Source: Hafnia paralvei ATCC 29927 (lineage in GTDB: Bacteria > Pseudomonadota > Gammaproteobacteria > Enterobacterales > Enterobacteriaceae). From it: a stretch of 64,000 nucleotides of DNA. Below, piece after piece: positions 56,951 to 64,000 of this stretch. The DNA lies in assembly GCF_001655005.1 (NCBI RefSeq), contig NZ_LXET01000009.1, forward strand, positions 43,706 through 107,705, written 5' to 3'. The notes beneath the pieces were generated by a model. That model was given only the letters and a program-made list of their open reading frames with translations. It had not been told where the DNA came from and did not search any database. The position numbers and the translations under genes were made by a program. Within the stretch, counting starts at the first letter, position 1; each line of letters begins with the position of its first letter.

Positions 56951-58132
56951 ATGACCTCTTTGTTGACTGCTCGCCGCCGAATTAATCCCATCTATGCCGC
57001 GTTTTTGATTGTTGCATTCTTAACCGGAATTGCGGGAGCGCTTCAGGCTCCTACGCTAAGTTTATTTTTAACGACTGAAGTGAAGGTGCGTCCCCTTTGG
57101 GTTGGCCTCTTTTATACGGTGAATGCGATTGTCGGGATTGCGGTGAGTTTCTTGCTAGCGAAGCGTTCCGATCGTCAGGGCGATCGTCGCAAACTGATCA
57201 TGTTTTGTTGCGCAATGGCGGTGGGAAACTGCCTGTTGTTTGCGTTTTGTCGCAGTTATTTGTTGCTGATCTCCGCAGGCGTTTTCTTGGCAGCGCTGGC
57301 GAATACGGGAATGCCGCAGATTTTTGCCTTAGCGCGTGAATATGCCGACCGTTCAGCCAGCGAAGTTGTGATGTTTAGTTCGGTGATGCGAGCACAGCTC
57401 TCTTTGGCATGGGTGATTGGGCCGCCGCTTTCATTCATGCTGGCGCTGAATTACGGCTTCACTTTTATGTATTTGATTGCTGCTGCCGTGTTTATTCTTG
57501 CGATTGTGCTGGTGGCCTTTATGTTGCCATCAATGCCCCGCACAGAAACCACGGGTGAAGCCGTCGTTATTCCCACCAATGCGTTTGGCGACAAAAACGT
57601 GGTGATGCTGTTTATCTCCTCCATGCTGATGTGGACCTGCAATACCATGTATATCATTGATATGCCGCTGTATATCACGCAAGATCTTGATCTGCCAGAA
57701 AATTTGGCAGGGCTCTTGATGGGGACTGCTGCAGGTTTAGAGATTCCCGCGATGATTCTAGCGGGTTACTACGTTAAACGTTTTGGCAAACGTAACATGA
57801 TGCTGTTTGCCGTTGCCGCTGGGGTCTTATTTTATGCCGGTTTGGTGTTGTTTAAATTCAAATTGGCATTGATGGTGTTGCAGTTGTTTAACGCGGTGTT
57901 CATCGGAATTATTGCCGGTATCGGCATGCTCTATTTTCAAGATTTAATGCCGGGTCGAGCGGGCAGTGCGACGACGCTATTCACTAACAGTATTTCGACC
58001 GGTGTGATTATGGCAGGGGTATTACAAGGCGCGCTGGCTGAAACATTAGGCCACTACGCGGTATATTGGCTAGCGACAGCGCTGGCGATAGTGGCCTTGA
58101 TTTTGTGCTTGCGAGTGCGAGATGTGCCTTAG
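56951..58132 (+). CDS. setA: MFS sugar efflux transporter (SetA/SotB family)
   Basis: 393 aa, 12 TM. Conserved position after sgrS. Confidence 0.85.
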   Translation: MTSLLTARRRINPIYAAFLIVAFLTGIAGALQAPTLSLFLTTEVKVRPLWVGLFYTVNAIVGIAVSFLLAKRSDRQGDRRKLIMFCCAMAVGNCLLFAFCRSYLLLISAGVFLAALANTGMPQIFALAREYADRSASEVVMFSSVMRAQLSLAWVIGPPLSFMLALNYGFTFMYLIAAAVFILAIVLVAFMLPSMPRTETTGEAVVIPTNAFGDKNVVMLFISSMLMWTCNTMYIIDMPLYITQDLDLPENLAGLLMGTAAGLEIPAMILAGYYVKRFGKRNMMLFAVAAGVLFYAGLVLFKFKLALMVLQLFNAVFIGIIAGIGMLYFQDLMPGRAGSATTLFTNSISTGVIMAGVLQGALAETLGHYAVYWLATALAIVALILCLRVRDVP

Positions 58133-58137
58133 GTAAT

Positions 58138-59715
58138 TTATTCTCCTTTGATGATCTCCCAACTTAGCCCAAAACGCGCCAGATATTTACGTAGACGGTC
58201 GGCGTCATTGGGCTGTTTTTTCAGTTGGCGTGATACGGAGAATAGCTTACGTCCTGCCTCGGATAAGCTGTCTGACGAGCGGCAGACGCTGATCACGCTG
58301 GCTAATTGGCTGCGATCGAACAGATCTAACTCGGGAAGATCGGGTAAAATTTCTGGCTGATCTTTTTGCCAGTTTTGTTGTAGCCGAGCGATTTCTTCTT
58401 GTACCAGTTCGTCATCAATACGGCCTGTATCCGCAAGTGTTGCCATACGGGTGACCGAAGCCGCTAGTTCACGGAAGTTTCCTCGCCATTCAGCCTGCTC
58501 GGAACAGGCAAATTGCAGATAGCGTTGACGTGCTTCTTTATTGAAACGCACCTGTGCTTGCTGTTCTTGGCTATAGCGGTTGAGTTCAAAATCCAGATTC
58601 GGCTCTATATCTTCTCGCCGCTGCGCCAAGCTGGGGAGAGGAAAAGTCCACATATTGATGCGCGCATATAAATCCTCGCGAAAACGTCCTTGCTTGACCC
58701 ATTGCCGCATATCGCGATGGGTGCCTGCAATGAGTTGAAAATCGCTGGAAACCTCTTTATCTGAGCCAAAAGGTAAAAACCTTTTTTCTTCGATTACTTT
58801 GAGCAGCATGGCCTGTTCATCGAGTCCTAACTCTCCGATCTCGTCCAAAAACAGCACGCCGCCGTCGGCTTCTCGCAGCAGGCCGCTACGCGCCTGTAGC
58901 GCACCGGTAAATGCCCCTTTGATGTGACCAAACAAGGTTGACATCGCGTTGTCCCCGCGTAGCGTCGCACAGTTTACGGCCACAAATCGCCCGCTAACTT
59001 TATGCCGTGATTGTCTCAACTGGTAAATACGCTGTGCCAAAAATGACTTACCCGCCCCGGTGGGGCCAGTCAGCAGAATAGGTGCCGTCGAACGTAAGGC
59101 AACGCGTTCAATCTGATCAATCAGCGTATTGAAGGTGGCATTACGAGTGGCAATCCCCGATTTCAAAAATGAAATTGAAGCCTGCTGTTCACGCTGGAAG
59201 CGACGAGTTAATTTGCTATAGCGACTAAGGTCAAGATCGATAATGGAGTAAACACCGGCGGGAGTGGCCTCAGTTTTCTCTTGGCTTTTAGGCGCTGGCG
59301 AGGTTTGTAGCAGGCTGGCTGGGAAATAGCGGGCTTCAGCGAGCAGGAACCAGCAAATTTGTACCACATGGGTGCCGGTGGTGATGTGGATTAAATACTC
59401 TTCGTTATCGGTATCGAAAGGGTAATGGGTGGCAAAGTCGAGAAATGCAGTATAAACCTCTTCAAAATCCCACGGGTCGTGCAGATTAACTTGATGCAGG
59501 CAAACCTGAGTGCTGCCGAGCTGGGCAATATCATCGCTTACCTGCTGCGCCATGCCGAGATCTCTTGGCTGATACAGAAGTTCGAGCCGGTCAATGGGCA
59601 AATCAGGCTGTTGGCATAGTCCTACCGTCGGTCGCCATTTATTCCAACGATTTGCTCGTTTACCGCGCTTATCCAGAACAGTGCCCAGCACACCAATAAC
59701 GACTCTGCGCTTCAT
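58138..59715 (-). CDS. rtcR: Sigma-54-dependent transcriptional activator RtcR (N-terminal CARF domain, AAA+ sigma-54 activator domain, C-terminal HTH)
   Basis: 525 aa. N-terminus MKRRVVIGVLGTVLD…WNKWRPTV…YLIHITTGTHVVQICWFLLAEARYFPA resembles E. coli RtcR. Central GAFTGA-containing AAA+ domain (…GHIKGAFTGA…). Confidence 0.85.
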   Translation of the reverse strand: MKRRVVIGVLGTVLDKRGKRANRWNKWRPTVGLCQQPDLPIDRLELLYQPRDLGMAQQVSDDIAQLGSTQVCLHQVNLHDPWDFEEVYTAFLDFATHYPFDTDNEEYLIHITTGTHVVQICWFLLAEARYFPASLLQTSPAPKSQEKTEATPAGVYSIIDLDLSRYSKLTRRFQREQQASISFLKSGIATRNATFNTLIDQIERVALRSTAPILLTGPTGAGKSFLAQRIYQLRQSRHKVSGRFVAVNCATLRGDNAMSTLFGHIKGAFTGALQARSGLLREADGGVLFLDEIGELGLDEQAMLLKVIEEKRFLPFGSDKEVSSDFQLIAGTHRDMRQWVKQGRFREDLYARINMWTFPLPSLAQRREDIEPNLDFELNRYSQEQQAQVRFNKEARQRYLQFACSEQAEWRGNFRELAASVTRMATLADTGRIDDELVQEEIARLQQNWQKDQPEILPDLPELDLFDRSQLASVISVCRSSDSLSEAGRKLFSVSRQLKKQPNDADRLRKYLARFGLSWEIIKGE

Positions 59716-59851
59716 TGTTTATCCTAAATTATAAATGACGATATTTTAAGATAACTTTACACGCATTTGCTTCAAGGCGATATCGCGAGCGATAAAAATA
59801 AATGTCTTATTTTTCATGTGATTAATTTTTTATTTTGCTGTTTTTAAAAAA

Positions 59852-59867
59852 TGGCACGCTTTTGGCA
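59852..59867 (+). promoter_or_regulatory. Sigma-54 (-24/-12) promoter divergent from rtcR
   Basis: TGGCACGcttTTGGCA vs consensus TGGCACG-N4-TTGCW. GG and GC are at the correct 10-bp spacing, with one mismatch. Predicted TSS ~59878. Confidence 0.6.
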
Positions 59868-59959
59868 ATATTTATAACGCCACTTGCTGGGGTCGTAGGG
59901 ATTCTAAACTCCCACCGGCACATTAAGAACGCCAAGTTGCGTTATCTGCGATGTGTTCT

Positions 59960-60010
59960 GCCAGCGGTAGATGGCCTGGTTAACCTGGGTTCGAATCCCA
60001 GAACATCAAA
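59960..60010 (+). ncRNA. tRNA-like module (T-arm mimic) within the ~350-nt sigma-54-driven leader
   Basis: CTGGG-TTCGAAT-CCCAG (59985–60001) is a perfect 5-bp T-stem with a 7-nt TΨC-type loop, followed by AACATCA with no CCA. It is not a canonical tRNA, since acceptor pairing is imperfect. Confidence 0.5.
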
Positions 60011-60225
60011 TATTCCTGATGGGTAGGAAATTTAGAAATTTATTGTAGTGCCAGCCCGTGTAGCCAAGCCGTTAATGGTTACCGTCGTAGAAAACCAGCT
60101 AACACGCTGGGCAGGTGGCAAGGTCTCGTTAGCGCGAGTATCGGCTAGAGAGTTCTCCCCACCCGCTTCGCGTCACTGCCCGTTTTCTAAGACAGCGGGC
60201 TAATTAATCACAAGGAAGAAAAAAT

Positions 60226-61362
60226 ATGCGTAAGAACATCATTATACAAAAAGGGCAGATCGGTTTACTGACGAAGAAAGGCGATTATCAGAAAGTACTC
60301 GAAGCGGGAGAATATCGCTTTTTTGACTGGACTAATCAGTTGGCAGTGACGGTGGTTAATCTTAGCGATAGCAGAGTGGAACCCGCACTGGCCGAACATT
60401 TACGCAGCTACCAGCCTGAGTGGGTTGAACGCTATTGCACCGCGGTGGATTTATCTGAACAAGAGATCGGCCTGCGCTATGAAAATGACATTTTACAGGA
60501 AATATTGCCACCGGGGACGCGTCGTCTTTATTGGTTGAATGGCAATCAGCAACGCATCGAACGAATTGAGGCTAATAATGTAGAAGTACCGTCAGAGATT
60601 GTGGCTGCGCTGCATCAACCGAAATTACGCAACCGTACGATTAAAGGTGGAGAAGGGGTGTTATTGGTGCAGGTGCCAGCGTGGCATGTCGGCATATTAA
60701 AAATTGATGGTGCAACACAGGCGTTGTTAAGCCCTGGTATTAGTGGATATTGGCGCTTCAACCATGCGGTGGAAGCCGAAATTGTTGATACCCGTTTGCA
60801 GGTGTTAGAAGTCAGCGGGCAAGAGATATTGACCCGTGACAAAGTGAATCTTCGGTTGAACTTAGCCGCTAACTGGCGCTACAGCGATGTGCTGCAATCA
60901 TTTGCTTTGGTTGCTAAACCGCTGGAGCACATTTATCGCGAGTTGCAGTTCGCGCTGCGTGAGGCTGTTGGTACACGCACATTAGACGAGTTGCTGGAGA
61001 ATAAGCAGATTATAGACGACATCGTGAGTGAGCAGGTGTCGCGGAAACTGGTTGGCTATGGCATTGAGGTCGTATCGCTAGGTGTTAAAGACATTGTTTT
61101 ACCGGGTGATATGAAAACCATTTTGTCGCGTGTGGTTGAAGCGGAAAAATTGGCTCAGGCTAATGTGATCCGCCGTCGTGAAGAAACCTCTGCGACGCGA
61201 TCGTTATTAAATACGGCGAAAGTCATGGAAAACAACCCCGTGGCGCTGCGCCTAAAAGAGTTAGAAACGTTGGAAAGAGTCGCAGAGCGTATCGATAAAA
61301 TATCCGTGTTTGGTGGATTAGATCAGGTGCTAAACGGGCTTATACAAATTAAAGGGATGTAA
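60226..61362 (+). CDS. SPFH/Band-7 (stomatin/slipin-like) domain protein with a ~190-aa N-terminal extension and no predicted TM segment
   Basis: The C-terminal half aligns with the stomatin core (…LDELLENKQIIDDIVSEQVSRKLVGYGIEVVSLGVKDIVLPGDMKTILSRVVEAEKLAQANVI…ALRLKELETLERVAE…). RBS AAGGAAG is 7 nt upstream. Confidence 0.75.
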   Translation: MRKNIIIQKGQIGLLTKKGDYQKVLEAGEYRFFDWTNQLAVTVVNLSDSRVEPALAEHLRSYQPEWVERYCTAVDLSEQEIGLRYENDILQEILPPGTRRLYWLNGNQQRIERIEANNVEVPSEIVAALHQPKLRNRTIKGGEGVLLVQVPAWHVGILKIDGATQALLSPGISGYWRFNHAVEAEIVDTRLQVLEVSGQEILTRDKVNLRLNLAANWRYSDVLQSFALVAKPLEHIYRELQFALREAVGTRTLDELLENKQIIDDIVSEQVSRKLVGYGIEVVSLGVKDIVLPGDMKTILSRVVEAEKLAQANVIRRREETSATRSLLNTAKVMENNPVALRLKELETLERVAERIDKISVFGGLDQVLNGLIQIKGM

Positions 61363-62165
61363 TGTTACCTATGGAACTCAGAACTTCATGCGGCGTAAGC
61401 GCCGCAATGCGGATGCGTATTCAACAGACGCTGTGTGCGTTGGAAGAGGAATATCAGATACGCATATTGTACGCCTGTGAATCAGGCAGCCGAGGCTGGG
61501 GATTTGCTTCAACGGACAGTGATTATGATGTGCGCTTTATTTACGTTCATCGACCAGAATGGTATCTGCGAGTTGAGCCCGGTCGTGATGTGATAGAAAT
61601 GCCAATTGACGATGAGTTAGACGTGTGTGGCTGGGAGCTACGTAAAACGTTGGGGTTGATAAAACGCTCGAACCCAACGTTGATGGAATGGCTGGATTCC
61701 CCGATTGTTTATCGCAATGAGGAAAGGGCGACCGCTGCATTAAGAGCATTGTTGCCCGATTACTTCTCTGGCTTACGTGGGCGTTATCACTATTTGTCGA
61801 TGGCGCGGAAAAACTTTCGTGGGTATCTGCAAGGTGAAGAAGTTCGCTTGAAAAAATACTTCTACGTGTTGCGGCCATTGCTGGCGGTGCGTTGGATTGA
61901 AGCAGGTAAAGGTGTTCCGCCTATGCGTTTCGATCAATTAGTGGCTGGCACTGTTGATGACGCTGATTTATTGGATGAAATAGCGCAATTATTGTATGCA
62001 AAATGTGAAGCCAGCGAAGCTAAGTATGGGCCTCGGATGAAGAAGATCCATGAGTTCATTCAATATGAGCTGGATGACAATCTTTCTCGTTGTGAAATGG
62101 TAGACAATGTTGCATGTAGTGATGATGTTTTGAACCGATTGCTGTTTCAGGAGGTTAATTGTTAA
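61362..62165 (+). CDS. Pol-beta-superfamily nucleotidyltransferase (minimal NTase fold, ~267 aa)
   Basis: GS…D.D motif ACESGSRGWGFASTDSDYDVRFIY (hG[GS]x9-13Dh[DE]h). Start overlaps the upstream stop (TAATG). The second Met at 61371 is an alternative start. Confidence 0.65.
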   Translation: MLPMELRTSCGVSAAMRMRIQQTLCALEEEYQIRILYACESGSRGWGFASTDSDYDVRFIYVHRPEWYLRVEPGRDVIEMPIDDELDVCGWELRKTLGLIKRSNPTLMEWLDSPIVYRNEERATAALRALLPDYFSGLRGRYHYLSMARKNFRGYLQGEEVRLKKYFYVLRPLLAVRWIEAGKGVPPMRFDQLVAGTVDDADLLDEIAQLLYAKCEASEAKYGPRMKKIHEFIQYELDDNLSRCEMVDNVACSDDVLNRLLFQEVNC

Positions 62166-62171
62166 GTTGAG

Positions 62172-62211
62172 CAGTAAGCGCAGATGAGGATAACTGTGCT
62201 TACTGATTTTT
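62172..62211 (+). terminator. Strong rho-independent terminator ending the SPFH–NTase operon
   Basis: CAGTAAGCGCAG-atgaggataa-CTGTGCTTACTG followed by ATTTTT. Confidence 0.8.
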
Positions 62212-62358
62212 GGATAAACCACTGTCATACACCCAATCGCATGCACATGGCCCGTGCGCAGTGAGCCTATAAAACGTATGATGTAAGGTGCAAAACCTAA
62301 CTACGCTTGCCTGTCTCGCTTTGAGATACCGACTCACTTTGGAAGAGTTGATGACAAT

Positions 62359-63831
62359 ATGGGTAAATTAACACCGCTTAAACCTATACCTTCGCTGATC
62401 TCCATCGCTATCGCATTGATTATCTGGTTCGTGATCCCTGTGCCTGAGGGCGTTAGTCCAAATGCATGGCACTTGCTTGCGCTATTCGTGGGCACCATTG
62501 CAGCCATTATTGGTAAAGCGATGCCGATTGGTGCCGTGTCCATTATTGCTATTGCGCTGGTGGCCGTTACACAAGTCACGAATCCGGGTAAGCCCACCGC
62601 TGCGCTGGACGATGCGCTCAGTGGTTTTTCAAATCAGCTGATTTGGCTGATCGGGATTTCCATCATGATTTCCCTGAGCCTCAATAAAACGGGGCTGGGG
62701 GCACGCATTGGTTATTACTTTATTTCGCTGTTTGGCAAAAAAACGCTGGGCATTGCCTATGCGTTGGCGCTTGCTGAAACAACGTTAGCGCCGGTTACGC
62801 CAAGTAATACCGCGCGCGGTGGGGGGATCATCCACCCCATAATGAAGTCGATTGCCGATAGTTTTGGCTCGAAGCCGGAGCCGGGCTCAACGGAGAAAAT
62901 TGGTCGCTATTTATCGTTAGTGAACTACAACATCAACCCCGTAACGTCGGCGATGTTTATCACCGCGACTGCGCCCAACCCGTTAATTGTGAATCTTTTA
63001 CTGAAAGGAACGGATTCGACCTTTGAGCTGACATGGTCGATGTGGGCAATTGCTGCATTGGTACCGGGCATTATTTCTCTGCTGGTGATGCCGTTAATTG
63101 TTTACTGGCTGTATCCACCGGAGATTAAAAGCACGCCTGATGCGCCGCGATTTGCCAAAGATAAACTGCGTGATCTGGGGCCAATTTCGCTGGCGGAAAA
63201 AATTACCCTAGGGGTATTCGCGCTGTTGCTCTTCCTGTGGGCAGGAATCCCGGCTTTCCTATTGGGGAGTGACTGGACGGTAAATCCAACCACCGCAGCA
63301 TTTATCGGATTGTCTATTCTGTTGGCCAGCGGTGTTTTGAGTTGGGATGACGTGCTCAAGCACAAAGGTGCTTGGGATACGGTAGTGTGGTTTGCCGCGC
63401 TTGTGATGATGGCGACCTATCTGGGAAAATTAGGGCTGATTAGTTGGCTCTCCCAAACGGTCGGTGGTGCGATTTCTCATCTTGGCATGGGCTGGATTGG
63501 CGGGATGATTTTGCTGACGCTGGTGTACGTCTATTCGCACTATTTCTTTGCCAGTACCACTGCGCACATCACCGCTATGTTCGCCGCGTTCTTTGCCGCA
63601 GGATTGGCGCTGGGCGCACCGCCTGCGCTGCTGGGTCTGGTATTAGCATTTTCCTCCTCGCTGATGATGTCCTTAACCCACTATGGTACAGGGACGGCGC
63701 CTATTATTTTTGGTTCTGGATATGTGACGCTGGGGGAATGGTGGAAAACCGGTTTTGTCCTTAGTGTAATTAACCTGCTGATTTGGATGGTGATTGGGAG
63801 TTTGTGGTGGAAGTGGTTGGGGTATTGGTAA
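62359..63831 (+). CDS. DASS-family (TtdT/CitT-like) dicarboxylate/anion transporter
   Basis: 490 aa, ~12 TM. Overall resemblance to E. coli TtdT (…SGFSNQLIWLI…; …APVTPSNTARGGGII…). Confidence 0.75.
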   Translation: MGKLTPLKPIPSLISIAIALIIWFVIPVPEGVSPNAWHLLALFVGTIAAIIGKAMPIGAVSIIAIALVAVTQVTNPGKPTAALDDALSGFSNQLIWLIGISIMISLSLNKTGLGARIGYYFISLFGKKTLGIAYALALAETTLAPVTPSNTARGGGIIHPIMKSIADSFGSKPEPGSTEKIGRYLSLVNYNINPVTSAMFITATAPNPLIVNLLLKGTDSTFELTWSMWAIAALVPGIISLLVMPLIVYWLYPPEIKSTPDAPRFAKDKLRDLGPISLAEKITLGVFALLLFLWAGIPAFLLGSDWTVNPTTAAFIGLSILLASGVLSWDDVLKHKGAWDTVVWFAALVMMATYLGKLGLISWLSQTVGGAISHLGMGWIGGMILLTLVYVYSHYFFASTTAHITAMFAAFFAAGLALGAPPALLGLVLAFSSSLMMSLTHYGTGTAPIIFGSGYVTLGEWWKTGFVLSVINLLIWMVIGSLWWKWLGYW

Positions 63832-63844
63832 TAGGAACCAGATT

Positions 63845-64000
63845 CCGTCCACTTGTTCTCTGCACTCGCGCGCTTTTATTCGAGACGCCATCTTCGCTCC
63901 GGTTTGGAACGTCAATATCCTATGGGATTACGGTGAAATGTTTCGTTCGCCGGTCAGCACATGCGTTTCCATGAGCCTACTGGCGAAGGCGACCGATGAA
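63845..64000 (+). repeat. Further copies (subfamily B) of the ~242-bp repeat family, truncated by the window end
   Basis: 63866–63908 CTCGCGCGCTTTTATTCGAGACGCC…CCGGTTTGG is the 3' module. 63930–64000 GGTGAAATGTTTCGTTCGCCGGTCAGCACATGCGTTTCCATGA… is the 5' module. Confidence 0.8.

Noticed and set aside
59960-60010. Possibility that the T-arm-like sequence is a bona fide tRNA gene or a tRNA 3'-end integrase att remnant
   Set aside because: There is no CCA and no convincing acceptor, D or anticodon arms. No integrase or island boundary is nearby. It is kept as a tRNA-like ncRNA hypothesis rather than annotated as a tRNA.
59835-60026. 63-aa ORF overlapping the sigma-54 promoter and the tRNA-like element
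   Set aside because: It spans a promoter and a structured RNA region with no RBS. Its composition is that of leader RNA, not a gene.

Overview
This 64-kb window is an Enterobacterales chromosomal segment (~50% GC). Its backbone matches the E. coli 0–2 min region: ileS-lspA-fkpB-ispH ... dapB-carAB-kefFC-folA ... apaHG-rsmA-pdxA-surA-lptD / djlA ... rluA-rapA-polB ... yabI-thiQPB-sgrR/sgrS-setA. Several accessory blocks interrupt it. An xdhABC-like molybdoenzyme cluster and a lipoprotein hydrolase replace rihC. There are no cai/fix or araBAD/araC genes. A LysE exporter plus yjjPB lies between kefC and folA. An ~11.7-kb chaperone-usher fimbrial island with two paralogous LysR regulators and a decayed second fimbrial operon sits between folA and apaH. 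A yjiL/yjiM-like 2-hydroxyacyl-CoA dehydratase pair sits between djlA and rluA. An AT-rich YiiG-like lipoprotein gene sits between yabI and thiQ. A tandem/inverted family of ~242-bp structured repeats occupies the polB–yabI gap and recurs at the window end. The most unusual locus is at 58.1–62.2 kb. An RtcR orthologue (CARF domain plus sigma-54 activator) is divergent from a near-consensus sigma-54 promoter. That promoter drives neither rtcB nor rtcA. It drives a ~350-nt structured leader carrying a perfect tRNA T-arm mimic (CTGGG-TTCGAAT-CCCAG), then an atypical cytoplasmic SPFH/slipin protein translationally coupled to a Pol-beta-superfamily nucleotidyltransferase, ending at a strong terminator. 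This looks like an undescribed RtcR-controlled RNA-centred stress or defence module. Known RNA elements recognised are a TPP riboswitch before thiB and a short SgrS with no SgrT frame.
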